Assembly (NCBI GenBank): GCA_965368975.1 | Contig: CBDUPA010000004.1 | Span: forward strand, 32,001 to 96,000 | Source of the DNA: an uncultured bacterium | GTDB taxonomy: Bacteria; Acidobacteriota; Thermoanaerobaculia; Multivoradales; JAHZIX01 | Length of the DNA: 64,000 nucleotides | Direction: 5' to 3' | Shown: positions 43,863-55,382 of the stretch, piece after piece | Position numbering within the stretch: position 1 is the stretch's first letter | Layout: each line of letters begins with the position of its first letter | Made by a program: the position numbers and the translations under genes | The notes under the pieces: generated by a model | Databases searched by the model: none | What the model saw: only the letters and a program-made list of their open reading frames with translations | Told to the model about the DNA's origin: nothing

Positions 43863-45944
43863 TTACCAGGCCACGACGGTGCGCGCCGCTTCCAGGACCG
43901 CGTCCGCGCCGGGTAGCAGGACTTTCTCGAGGTTCTTGGCGAAGGGAACCGGACGGTCCGGGTAGGTGACGCGGCGGATCGGAGCGTCGAGCCAGGGGAA
44001 GGCGGAGTCCGCCAGCTGGGCGGCGACTTCGGCGCCGAAGCCGGCGGTCATTTGGGCCTCGTGGGTGACCACGGCGCGCGCTGTCTTGCGCACCGAGGCG
44101 ACGACGGTGTCGATGTCGAGTGGCACGAGGGTGCGCAGATCGATGACTTCGGCCTCGATCCCTTCGGCGGCCAGCGCCTCGGCCGCGTCGAGGCACCACC
44201 AGGTCGAAGCGCCGTAGCCGATCAACGTGACGTCCTTGCCTACGCGGCGCACGGCGGCCTGGCCCAGTTCGGCGGTCAGGTCGCCCTCGGGCAAGGCATC
44301 CTTGATGCGCCGGTAGAGGAACTTGTGCTCGCAGAAGATCACCGGGTTGGGGTCGCGGATCGCCGCCTTGAGCAGGCCGATGGCGTCGCGAGTGGTGGCT
44401 GGGCAGACGACCTTGAGGCCGGCCACGTGGCTGAACCAGGCTTCCGGATTCTGCGAGTGGAACGGACCGGCACCGACGCCCCCTCCTGCAGGTAGGCGCA
44501 CCACCAGCGGGCAGGGCATTTGCCAGCGGTAGTAGAGCTTGGCCGCGACATTGACCAGCTGGTTGAAGCCGCAGGAGATGAAGTCGGCGAACTGCATCTC
44601 GATCACGGGTCGGTAGCCGAGCAGCGCGGCACCGGCGGCAATGCCCAGCGTGCCACTCTCGGCGATGGGCGTGTCGAGTACTCGCGTTGGCCAGCGCTCG
44701 TGCAGACCACGGGTGATGCGGAAGGCGCCTTCGAAGACGCCGATGTCCTGCCCCATCAGCACGACCGCCTCGTCGCGCTCCATCTCTTCCTGTAGGGCTC
44801 GGTGCACGGCCTCGACGTAGGTCATCGTCGGTCCCGCCTCCGCGCCTGCCGGTTCCGTCACCGTCTTTGTCACGGTCTCTGCCGGTGCCGCTGCCGGCGC
44901 CTCCGCCAGCGCAAACGCAGGCCGCTCGGCGATCTCGTCAGCCGGCGGTGCACAATCGAGGGCGCCTTGGATCGCCTCCTCCACCAGTTCGCCGATGCGT
45001 CGGTCCAAGCGTTCGCGGGTCGTCGCGTCGAGCACGCCATCGTCGACCAGCTTCTGGGCGTAGGTAGGCACCGGGTCGGCGGCCATGTAAGTAGCGAGTT
45101 CGTCCTGCGGTACGACCTTGAGCGAGTCGTCACCCTCGCTGTGGCCGCGCATGCGACCCAGTCGGGCCTCCACCAGGGTCGGCCCTTCGCCAGCGCGCGC
45201 GCGGTCGATCGCTGTGCGCATCACTTCGGCGACGGCATCCGGATCGTTGCCGTCCACCGATACGCCCGGGATGCCGTAGCCGGCGCCGCGATCGGCCAGG
45301 CTCTCGCAGGCGAACTGGTTCGCCACCGGCGTTGAAAAGGCGTATTGGTTGTTCTCGACCACCAAGACCAGCGGTAGCTTCCACACGGCGGCCATGTTCA
45401 GGCCTTCGTGGAAGTCACCGGTCGAGGTGCCACCGTCGCCGATGAAGTTGATCGCCACGCGATCGCTGCCGCGCTGCTTGAGCGCGAAGGCACAGCCAGC
45501 GGCAACGGGGATCATGGCGCCCAGGTGGCTGATCATGCCGATGTGGTGGATGCCGGCTTCGGCGTCGACGTGCGCGTAGTGGAAGGAGCGCTCGATGCCC
45601 TGTGAGAAACCGTCGGCCTTGCCCAGCAGCTGGCAGGCCAAGCGGTAGAGCAGGTGCTGCGGCTCGGGTCGTCGGCCGTCTGGTTCCCCGAAGCCGAAGT
45701 CCGGGAAGGCGCGCGCCGGATCCAGGTAGACGGCCAGGATGGCCCCGAGGTCACGGTGCAGACTGCACAGCACGTCGTTGGCCTCCAGGGCCAGGCCAGC
45801 GGGCACCGTCGTGGCCTCGTTGCCCACCTCGCTGTACCACTTGGAGATGCGGCCGGTGAGCAGCAGGTTCTCGAAACGCAGATCGAGGTCCCGGGCCAAT
45901 TTCATGTATGCGTAGCGGCACAGACGGCGAGTTTGGGCGTCCAA
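43863..45944 (-). CDS. 2-oxoacid dehydrogenase E1 alpha/beta fusion
   Basis: TTG 45944 with GAGGA RBS. TPP motif GDGGTSTGDFHEGLN..ENNQYA, RMRGHSEGD. Beta part DTPIAE, EMQFADF, GPFHSQ, DLRTL.PLD. Confidence 0.9.
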   Translation of the reverse strand: MDAQTRRLCRYAYMKLARDLDLRFENLLLTGRISKWYSEVGNEATTVPAGLALEANDVLCSLHRDLGAILAVYLDPARAFPDFGFGEPDGRRPEPQHLLYRLACQLLGKADGFSQGIERSFHYAHVDAEAGIHHIGMISHLGAMIPVAAGCAFALKQRGSDRVAINFIGDGGTSTGDFHEGLNMAAVWKLPLVLVVENNQYAFSTPVANQFACESLADRGAGYGIPGVSVDGNDPDAVAEVMRTAIDRARAGEGPTLVEARLGRMRGHSEGDDSLKVVPQDELATYMAADPVPTYAQKLVDDGVLDATTRERLDRRIGELVEEAIQGALDCAPPADEIAERPAFALAEAPAAAPAETVTKTVTEPAGAEAGPTMTYVEAVHRALQEEMERDEAVVLMGQDIGVFEGAFRITRGLHERWPTRVLDTPIAESGTLGIAAGAALLGYRPVIEMQFADFISCGFNQLVNVAAKLYYRWQMPCPLVVRLPAGGGVGAGPFHSQNPEAWFSHVAGLKVVCPATTRDAIGLLKAAIRDPNPVIFCEHKFLYRRIKDALPEGDLTAELGQAAVRRVGKDVTLIGYGASTWWCLDAAEALAAEGIEAEVIDLRTLVPLDIDTVVASVRKTARAVVTHEAQMTAGFGAEVAAQLADSAFPWLDAPIRRVTYPDRPVPFAKNLEKVLLPGADAVLEAARTVVAW

Positions 45945-46036
45945 AACGGGTGTCCTCTGAGTCAGAGTGTCGGGATGAGTGGTTGGGGTGCGGTTCGGCG
46001 GCAGGCATGGTCGCCGGGATCGGGCCATGCGGGCCG

Positions 46037-48151
46037 TCAGCGCAGGGCTTGGATCTTACTCTGCAATTGTGCCCAGCGGGGATCCTGCGGCGCCATTTGT
46101 ACCAGGATGCGCAGCGCCAGCGTGGCGCCGTCCGCGTCACCCGCGGCGATCGACGCCTCGATCTGGCGCACCCCCTGGTCGAGTGAGCTCTGGCGCTGGC
46201 TGTTGCGCTGCAAGCGATCCACTTCCGCGAACATCTCGGCCGCGCGTCGGCTGTTGGGCAAGGTGTCGTTCAGGCCCCGAGCGGCGTCGCGGGCACCTTC
46301 CCAGTCGCCGGCTTCGCAGCAGCGCTGGAAGCGTTCGTCATAGGGGCCGGAGACCGACGACTCCTTTTCCCGTGCGCGTGCCTCTTCCAGTCGATTCGAG
46401 TAGAGGGAGAGTGTGAGCTTGGGGATACCCAGATCTGCGATGCTGCGCAGTGCTGCTTCGGCGTCGTCGAGCTGGGCAGCCTCGAGCGCGGCTTCGAAGC
46501 GCTTCTTGCGCTCTTCGAACTCCTCGGTCTCGGTCAACTCCTGCTGTGCCTCTTCCAGCTCTTGCATGAACGGCTCGACAAGGCGTCCCGAGGGGTCGAA
46601 GCGGGCGGCCGTCTCCATCTGCTTGCGCGCGGTCTTGAAGTCACCGCGCTCGATCGCCTCGCGGCCGATGTTCAGTGCCTCCTCGGCGCGCTCCTTCTGT
46701 GTTTCTTCTTCACCCAGAATCTCGACCCAGTTCTCGAAGTCTTCGCGCCGCGGGTGGGTGGGGTGCATCTCGAGCAGCGTCTCGAGGGCCATGTCGGCTA
46801 GGGTCTTGTGTCCTTGCTTGAGGTACTTGTCGACCAGGCCCTCGGCTTCCTTGACCTGCTCGCGGATCTGCTCCTGGTCACGCTTGCGCTGTAGCCGATT
46901 GCGCAACGCCTCGAGCCCCGGGGCTCCCGGTTGGGCTTCTTCGAGCCGTGCGACGACCTTGTCGACCTCGTCGAGGTTGCCGAGCTTCAGGGCTTCTTCT
47001 GCCAGGTCGATGAGACGTGACGTCTCCTTGACTCGCTCGGCTGCTTCGTCGATCTGATTGATCGAGCTGGTGGGTTTCGATGCATCGCTGCTACCGCCGC
47101 CCGGGGCTTGCGCGGGGGCGTCCGCTGGTGTTCCCGCTGGAGTCTCCCTGGGGGTTGCGGGTGCCGGAGACGTTGGTGCCGGAGACGCTGGTGCTGTGGG
47201 AGCCTTCGCGGCAGCCGTTGCCGATGGCTTGACTGTCGGGCTGCTGCCGCTACGTACCAGCTGCGTGGCTGCCTGGCGCAGACTCTCTTCGATCGGAGCC
47301 AGCGCCCGGATCAACTCCCCGGCGTCGGCATGGCGCTGCCCGCGGTCACGGCTCAACAGGCGGGACATCACCCCCTCCAGTTCCGCCGGTACCTGCACCG
47401 CGGGGTTGCGACCGGCCAACGGCAGAGGGTCTTCACTCAGACGCTTGAAGATGACGTCCTGCGGCGAGGCGCCGACGAAGGGCGGCATGCCGGTGATCAT
47501 TTCGTAGAGCACCAGGCCGAAGGAATAGAGGTCCGTGCGGTGGTCCAGGTTCTCGACTTTGCCCAGACCTGCCTGTTCTGGTGAGCAGTACTGCAGCTTG
47601 CCCATGAACATGCCCGCCTGCGTGACGTCGAAGCGCGGATCTGGCTCCAGGCTCTTGGCCAGCCCGAGATCGATGATCTTGACCACGTACTGGCTGCGTG
47701 AGCCGCGCGTGATCATTAGGTTGTCGGGGCTGATGTCGCGATGAATGATGCCACTGGCGTGGATCTCACCGAGGCCGCGCAGGGCCTGGATCGACAGTTG
47801 TAGCGCCGCCTGCAACGGAAACGGCCCGTACTGGCGCAGCCAGTGTCCGACGTCGTTGCCTTCGATGTGTTCCCACACCATGTAGAAGCTGTCGTCCGGC
47901 AGCTGAGCGAAGTCGTAGAGAATCGCGACGTTGGTGTGCTTGATCTCGGTGGCCAGCCGCGCTTCGCGCTGGAACCGCTTGAGCGCCGACTCGCTGGAGG
48001 CCAGTTCCTGGCGCAGGATCTTGATCACCCGCTTCTGATCCAGGTGCAAGTGCCGAACCAGGTGGATGTCCCCCATGCCGCCGCTGGCCAGCGGTTCGAG
48101 CACTTCGTACTTGTCGTCGATGATGGATCCGGGCTGCCGAGCTTCGCTCAC
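46037..48151 (-). CDS. Hanks-type Ser/Thr protein kinase with Pro/Ala linker and TPR-like helical C-terminus
   Basis: GGMG, VIK, RFQRE, HRDISPDN, IDLGLAK, YCSPEQ, DLYSFG. Confidence 0.9.
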   Translation of the reverse strand: MSEARQPGSIIDDKYEVLEPLASGGMGDIHLVRHLHLDQKRVIKILRQELASSESALKRFQREARLATEIKHTNVAILYDFAQLPDDSFYMVWEHIEGNDVGHWLRQYGPFPLQAALQLSIQALRGLGEIHASGIIHRDISPDNLMITRGSRSQYVVKIIDLGLAKSLEPDPRFDVTQAGMFMGKLQYCSPEQAGLGKVENLDHRTDLYSFGLVLYEMITGMPPFVGASPQDVIFKRLSEDPLPLAGRNPAVQVPAELEGVMSRLLSRDRGQRHADAGELIRALAPIEESLRQAATQLVRSGSSPTVKPSATAAAKAPTAPASPAPTSPAPATPRETPAGTPADAPAQAPGGGSSDASKPTSSINQIDEAAERVKETSRLIDLAEEALKLGNLDEVDKVVARLEEAQPGAPGLEALRNRLQRKRDQEQIREQVKEAEGLVDKYLKQGHKTLADMALETLLEMHPTHPRREDFENWVEILGEEETQKERAEEALNIGREAIERGDFKTARKQMETAARFDPSGRLVEPFMQELEEAQQELTETEEFEERKKRFEAALEAAQLDDAEAALRSIADLGIPKLTLSLYSNRLEEARAREKESSVSGPYDERFQRCCEAGDWEGARDAARGLNDTLPNSRRAAEMFAEVDRLQRNSQRQSSLDQGVRQIEASIAAGDADGATLALRILVQMAPQDPRWAQLQSKIQALR

Positions 48152-48248
48152 CGGTGTGTCTCCCTCCGAGCCAATGAAGATGTCATGATGGGCGTCTCAT
48201 CTGTGCTTTGTCATAGATGGAGCGCCAGCATTCTAGCAGGTGTTGGGC

Positions 48249-49748
48249 TCAGAAGCCCTTGCGCAGCAAGGTGCGACGGTCGATACCCAAGATCCGCGCG
48301 GCGGCACTCTTGTTGCCGTCCGTCATGCGCAGGACGCGCGTGATGTGCCGGTGCTCCACCTCCGACAACTCCAGCGCTTCGCCTCGTTCCTGCGCCCCTG
48401 AGCCCAGCAACGATTCGATCAGCGCGCGATCGACATCGTGGTCGGTCAGCGACACCGCACCTTCGACGATATTCTGGAGTTCCCGGATGTTGCCCGGGTA
48501 GTCGTGGGCCAGGAGAAGCGCCGTCGCCTCGGTGCTGAAGTGCGGTACCGGGATGCCCTCGCGGCGGCAGAACTGCTCGGCGAAGTGGCGCACCAAGTGC
48601 GGAATGTCCTGACGTCGGTCGCGCAGCGGTGGCAGCTCGATCTCGACGCCCTTGAGCCGGTAGTAGAGGTCTTCCCGGAACTCTCGCTGCTGCACCAGCG
48701 CCGTGATCTCGCGGTGCGTTGCTGCCACCAGTCGGACGTCGAAAGGAATCGATCGATGCCCTCCCACGCGCACCACCTCGCGTTCCTGCAGCGCCCGCAG
48801 CAGCTTGGCTTGGATCGGCGTCTGCATGTCGCCGATCTCGTCGAGAAAGAGTGTGCCGCCGTCGGCCAGTTCGAACTTGCCGGCTCGTGCCTGCACGCCC
48901 GTCGCCACTCCACCCTCGATACCGAACAGCTCACTCTCCAGCAGTGTCTCCGGAATCGCCGCACAGTTGACCGCGATCAAAGGACCGTTGCGACCCGAGG
49001 AGAAGTGCAGGAGCTTGGCGATCAGCTCCTTGCCGGTGCCACTCTCACCGCGCACCAACACGTTGACGCTCCGCGGCGCGATGCGTTCCACCAGCCCCAG
49101 AATGTGCCGCATCGCCGGCGACTGCGCCACGATCCGTTGCCCCCCCGTCACCTCGACGCCCACCCGCTCACGCAGTGCCTTGTTCTCCTCCGCTAGGCGC
49201 TCGCGCTGCGTCGCCAGCTGTTCCAGCTCGCGCGCGTTGTCGAGCGCGATGCCGGAGAGCACGGCGACCGATTCGAGAAAGCGCCGGTCGTCGCCACTGA
49301 AGTCCGGCTCTTCGTCCCCGCGTACCTCCTTGTCCAGTACCGCGAGGTAGCCGAGGTACGTTTCGCGATAGGCCAGCGGCACGGCCAGCAGGTGGCGGAA
49401 GCGCCGGGACAGGAATTCTCCGCCGTGTTGCGAGAGCGGCTCGCCGGCATTGAGCAGCTTGTGCCACAACGCATCCGTGAGCATCGCTGTACCTGCCGGC
49501 GGCGACGTCCAGCCGACGCTGGCGGCAGCACGTGAACCGCCGTACGCGTCGAGGGTCACGGCGACGGCGGCCGCGGGGTCGAGGACGGAGCAAACCAGCT
49601 GTAGCAGTTCGTCGACCAGCTCCTGCTCCGGCCGCCGAGCGGTGAGAGCGAGCGCCAGGTCGTACAACGCTTCCAGCTGCAGAATGCGGCGCTTCTCGGC
49701 CAGCGGGCCGTGGTGGAGGCGTCCGGTAGGGCGCTTCGCGGCGGTCAT
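48249..49748 (-). CDS. Sigma54-dependent transcriptional activator (GAF-AAA-HTH)
   Basis: GESGTGKE, ESELFG, GVATGV in place of GAFTGA, LFLDEIG, FREDLYYRL, PGNIRELQN, Fis-type HTH. Confidence 0.9.
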   Translation of the reverse strand: MTAAKRPTGRLHHGPLAEKRRILQLEALYDLALALTARRPEQELVDELLQLVCSVLDPAAAVAVTLDAYGGSRAAASVGWTSPPAGTAMLTDALWHKLLNAGEPLSQHGGEFLSRRFRHLLAVPLAYRETYLGYLAVLDKEVRGDEEPDFSGDDRRFLESVAVLSGIALDNARELEQLATQRERLAEENKALRERVGVEVTGGQRIVAQSPAMRHILGLVERIAPRSVNVLVRGESGTGKELIAKLLHFSSGRNGPLIAVNCAAIPETLLESELFGIEGGVATGVQARAGKFELADGGTLFLDEIGDMQTPIQAKLLRALQEREVVRVGGHRSIPFDVRLVAATHREITALVQQREFREDLYYRLKGVEIELPPLRDRRQDIPHLVRHFAEQFCRREGIPVPHFSTEATALLLAHDYPGNIRELQNIVEGAVSLTDHDVDRALIESLLGSGAQERGEALELSEVEHRHITRVLRMTDGNKSAAARILGIDRRTLLRKGF

Positions 49749-49855
49749 GGAGGAATGCTAGCACTGGCGGCTGGGATCGGAAGCCCTCGCCAGGTGTCCC
49801 CGATGGAGCTGAGGCAGCAAGGCTTAGCCTACCGGTGAAGCGGCCTCCAAGCCCA

Positions 49856-50518
49856 TCAAGGATCTCGGTGCTTCCGTCGACGCTGTTCTACGACCAACGT
49901 GACGATGGGGAACAGCGCGATGAGCGGCAGAACGTAGAACGCCGGTTCACCGAAATCCGCGCCCTTGGGTCGATAGATACCGCCATAGAGCAGGCAGGTG
50001 AGACCGTAGACGACCAGAATGCCAGTTCCGCACAGGCGCCACAGGCTCGAGTCGATCAAGGCGGTCTCCGTCTCGGGCGGTCCTGCGATGGCACTAGTGC
50101 TGGGACGCAGGATCGGCAGCCAGCGGTCGAGGTCCCACAGCACCAGCGTGACGGTGCCCCCGAGCATCAAGGTGGTGACGATGGCCGTGGGGATGACACC
50201 TGTGCTCCAGCAGAACACCATGATGCAGGTCATGACCGGCAGCGTCATCAGCGCTCCCAGGGTGGCGAAGGTCTGCGTCATCAAGAGCACGGCGATGAGC
50301 AATTGGACGCCGCCGACGAACTGGTAGAAGAAACCGGTGGCGTAGAAGGCGTGGAGGAACTCGTGGAAGGCGCCGGTGTTCGCGGGGTCCGTGAAGGGTT
50401 GGTACAGCACCTTTTTGAGTCCCGCGGGCAGGAACGCGAAGCCCAGTAGGATGCGCAGGTTGGCGATGAGTAGATGAGCCCACCGGTGCGTGCGGATAGT
50501 GTCGACAATGTGGTTCAA
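49856..50518 (-). CDS. DoxX-family membrane protein
   Basis: Several TM helices, RILLGFAFLPAGLKK, TGFFYQFVG..Q. Start (TTG 50518) uncertain. Confidence 0.7.
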   Translation of the reverse strand: MNHIVDTIRTHRWAHLLIANLRILLGFAFLPAGLKKVLYQPFTDPANTGAFHEFLHAFYATGFFYQFVGGVQLLIAVLLMTQTFATLGALMTLPVMTCIMVFCWSTGVIPTAIVTTLMLGGTVTLVLWDLDRWLPILRPSTSAIAGPPETETALIDSSLWRLCGTGILVVYGLTCLLYGGIYRPKGADFGEPAFYVLPLIALFPIVTLVVEQRRRKHRDP

Positions 50519-50624
50519 GAGGCTGTGTCTCGTGGTCGGTGACGATCGAATCGGTCCAGTGTTTGGCCATTCTACGAGATCATCACGCCTCGCCGAAAAC
50601 CAACGGTGGTATCCTCTCCGGCCC

Positions 50625-52556
<1,932 letters not shown>

Positions 52557-52593
52557 TTACAACCCCCGACGCCCGGGGTCCGGCCGAATCCGG

Positions 52594-52701
52594 TTCTGGG
52601 TAGGGGCGACCCCATGTGGTCGCCCTGGGGTGGTGGGGGGCAGGGAGATCCGGATGCGGCTAGGCCGCAGGGCAGGCACACGGGCCTGCCCCTACCCAGA
52701 A
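52594..52701. repeat. REP doublet (REPIN-like) of the GTAG family between convergent genes
   Basis: GTAGGGGCGACCCCATGTGGTCGCCC (52600-52625) and inverted GGGCAGGCACACGGGCCTGCCCCTAC (52670-52695). Outer arms TTCTGGGTAGGGGC / GCCCCTACCCAGAA are complementary. Confidence 0.75.
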
Positions 52702-52717
52702 ATTCCCCGAGGCCTGC

Positions 52718-53728
52718 CTACAATTCCAACATCTCCTCCACCGTCTTCAACACGTCCTCCTCCTCGATCCCCACCAGCTGCAACGATCGCCCCAGCTTGA
52801 GCAGCGAGAATCCACGCTTGCCACGCAGGATGGTGTGACCATCGCCGGGCGGAGGCTCGGGACGGGCGCCTTCCCGGGGTCCAAGCAGTGCCAGGCAGGG
52901 GACGCCGAGGGCGGCAGCGAGCTGGAGGTAGCCGCTCTCGACACCGACGACCAGATCGGCCAGGGCCAGCACGGACGCCAGCTGCGCCAAGTTGAGATCC
53001 GGGCCGATCAGGGGGACGAAGCGTGCCGTCTCTTCGTGGATCCGCACGGCGGGCCACAGGTAGTCGCGCGCGCCCGCGACGAGGAACTGCCGCACGCGGG
53101 GGTTGCGCCGACGCAGCGTGCGAGCAAGCCCGGCGAAACTCTGCCAGGGCCAGACAGGGGCCGTGGGGCTGTCCGAGATGGGGGCCAGAGCAACCAAGGG
53201 GCCGCCGGTGTCGGCGATGTGGGCCCGGTCGAGCAGGTTCTTGCCCTCGCTCAAGTGGTCCTCGTTCGGGATCAGGCGTGGCGGCTGGTCTGCCGGCAAG
53301 CACAGGCCGAGGGCGCTGAGCAGGTTGGCCGGACGGTACCAGGCGGGTTGCAGGGGCAGGTCACGCGGTCGCGGCACGGACGGCTTGAGGAAGAAGCGGC
53401 GTAGGCCGCCACGGTAGCCCCAGCGCGGCTCCAGGCCGGCGCTGAGCACCAGCCATGGACCGTCGAGTGAGCTGTCGAGCAAGAGCCCGTCGGTGCATTC
53501 TTGGCGCCGAATGTCCGACACCGTGCGATCCTCGGACTCGACGAGCTCGACTGTCGCCTCGACGGCCGGCACCAGTTTGAACAGGGCTTGCACATCGCCT
53601 GGAGTCAGGACGATGGTGCGGTGGCCTTCACGGGCCAAGACGTGGATCGTCGGTAGCGCCGCGATCGCGCCGGTCAAGTTCGGGTTCGGGACGACGAGTG
53701 TGCGCGGTGTGGGGTCGCCCGGGCTCAT
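52718..53728 (-). CDS. Glycosyltransferase family 9 (LPS heptosyltransferase-like)
   Basis: LVVPNPNLTGAIAALP, RWGY, WPWQSF..LA, L.LAQLASVL..ADLVVG.ESG..QLAAALGVP..AL.GP. Located in the LPS cluster. Confidence 0.75.
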   Translation of the reverse strand: MSPGDPTPRTLVVPNPNLTGAIAALPTIHVLAREGHRTIVLTPGDVQALFKLVPAVEATVELVESEDRTVSDIRRQECTDGLLLDSSLDGPWLVLSAGLEPRWGYRGGLRRFFLKPSVPRPRDLPLQPAWYRPANLLSALGLCLPADQPPRLIPNEDHLSEGKNLLDRAHIADTGGPLVALAPISDSPTAPVWPWQSFAGLARTLRRRNPRVRQFLVAGARDYLWPAVRIHEETARFVPLIGPDLNLAQLASVLALADLVVGVESGYLQLAAALGVPCLALLGPREGARPEPPPGDGHTILRGKRGFSLLKLGRSLQLVGIEEEDVLKTVEEMLEL

Positions 53729-54270
53729 GGCGTGGCTTTTCGCAAGATCAACGTGTAGTCGCGGCCGTGCTGCTCCACCTGTGCCGCCAGCAAGGCGGCG
53801 CGGCCGAGGTCGGCGAGACGGGCGGCGGTGGTCCAGGAAGTCTGCTGCTTGCCGACATCCAACAGCAGGCCAACCGTGCCGGCGCTCTGCAGGTGACGGA
53901 CCAGGACTCGGGGCGAGCCGAAGACCGGGGGCTCTGGGCGCAGCCGTGGCAGGTGGAGGCGCAGCCGCCGTAGCAACGTCGCGTTGATGCCGCAGCGGCC
54001 GAAGGAGTGTGTGTCAAGAAAGCCCAGGGGACCTGCATAGAGGTGAGCGGCCAGGGCGGCGGCCGTCCACGCGGGGTGGGGTTGCAGGGTCAGCACGACG
54101 CCGCGCGGTGTCCCCTCGGCATCCTGGCGTGCCGCGTGGAGGTGGTCCCATCCTTCGAGATGTAAATGCCGGCACAGGCGCACGGGCGACAGGCGCAGGG
54201 GCCGCAGGCCGTGGTGTAGGTGCGGTGAGGAGATCACGCGCGCAGCTCCAGCTTTCCCTGTCGCATCCAA
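53725..54270 (-). CDS. Degenerate, shortened lipid A acyltransferase (LpxL/HtrB)-like protein
   Basis: LEGWDHLHAAR...RGVVL...H..W and ..HL..AGTVGLLLD resemble LpxL segments. Only about 180 aa, lying between lpxK and GT9. Confidence 0.45.
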   Translation of the reverse strand: MDATGKAGAARVISSPHLHHGLRPLRLSPVRLCRHLHLEGWDHLHAARQDAEGTPRGVVLTLQPHPAWTAAALAAHLYAGPLGFLDTHSFGRCGINATLLRRLRLHLPRLRPEPPVFGSPRVLVRHLQSAGTVGLLLDVGKQQTSWTTAARLADLGRAALLAAQVEQHGRDYTLILRKATP

Positions 54271-55382
54271 GCTTCCAGTCGGTGGCCCAACCAGTCCCAG
54301 AAGGCAGCTTCCGGTCGGGCGCGCACGGGTAGTTCGGCCAGTGGCAGGTCGTCCAGGCGACCGAGCAACTTGACGCGGTCCTTGGTGGTTACCAGGACGG
54401 CTTCGGCGCCGCAGCGGCCGAAGGTCTCGCGGATGCGTTCGAGGCTGGTGTCCGGGTAGGCGTGGTGGTCGCCGAAGTGCAGTTCCTCCGTGATCTCGAA
54501 GCCTCGGTCGATGGCGCTAGAACGGAAGTTCTGCGGGCGGGCGATGGCGGAGACGAGCAGCACACGCGTGCCGGGCCCCGGCGCCTCGCTGCCGCCGCCA
54601 CGCACCCAGCGCGCCGGCGCGGTCTCGAGATAGCAAGTGAAGCCGGGGCCCGTGAAGCCATGGGGACGCAGCGCTTCAGCCAACTCGCGCCCGCGCGTGG
54701 CCGTGGCGGGATCGGTCGGGTCACAGCCCGTCAGCAGCACCGCGCTGGCACGGCGAGCGCTGGCCAGGGGCTCGCGCAGGCGGCCGGCCGGGGCCAGGCG
54801 GCCACCGGCGAAGGGGTCGCTGGCCGGGAAGGCGAGCAAGTCGAGATCGCGAGCCAGGCGCAGATGGGAGAAGCCGTCGTCGAGCAGGAAAAGGTTGGGC
54901 GGTGGTTCCAGGCGTTCCAGGGCGGCGCGCCCGGCGTCGCCGCGACGTGGCGCTACCACGACCGCGACGCCGGGTAGCTCACCAGCCAGCAGCACGGGCT
55001 CGTCACCGGCCAGCGACGGGGGCAACATCGGCCCGTCGCCAGTGCTGACGATGCGGGTGTCGGTGTCCTTGCGGCCGTAGCCGCGCGACAGGACCGCCAC
55101 GCACCAGCTGTCTGTGCCGGTCTGCTGGCGCCCCCAGTCGCGCAGCCAGGTGCCGAGGGCGGCGGTCAGAGGAGTCTTGCCACCACCGCCCCAGCAGAGG
55201 TTACCGATGCTGATCACCGGTCGGGGCAGACGTTCGGCACGACTCCGGTACCAGCTGGATCGCCAGCGGTGGACGGCGCCATAGAAGAGCTGCCACGGTG
55301 AGCGCGGCACGGTTGGCGGCGTCCAGGGTGGCGTCGTCAGGGGGGAGGTCTTCGGGGACACAGTCGTGGCGGACAGCGTCAT
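54234..55382 (-). CDS. lpxK: Tetraacyldisaccharide 4'-kinase
   Basis: PVISIGNL..GGGGKTP, LSRGYG, GDEP.LL, LLDDGFSH..LARD, LREP, F.DHH.Y, TTKD.VK. Confidence 0.92.
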   Translation of the reverse strand: MTLSATTVSPKTSPLTTPPWTPPTVPRSPWQLFYGAVHRWRSSWYRSRAERLPRPVISIGNLCWGGGGKTPLTAALGTWLRDWGRQQTGTDSWCVAVLSRGYGRKDTDTRIVSTGDGPMLPPSLAGDEPVLLAGELPGVAVVVAPRRGDAGRAALERLEPPPNLFLLDDGFSHLRLARDLDLLAFPASDPFAGGRLAPAGRLREPLASARRASAVLLTGCDPTDPATATRGRELAEALRPHGFTGPGFTCYLETAPARWVRGGGSEAPGPGTRVLLVSAIARPQNFRSSAIDRGFEITEELHFGDHHAYPDTSLERIRETFGRCGAEAVLVTTKDRVKLLGRLDDLPLAELPVRARPEAAFWDWLGHRLEAWMRQGKLELRA

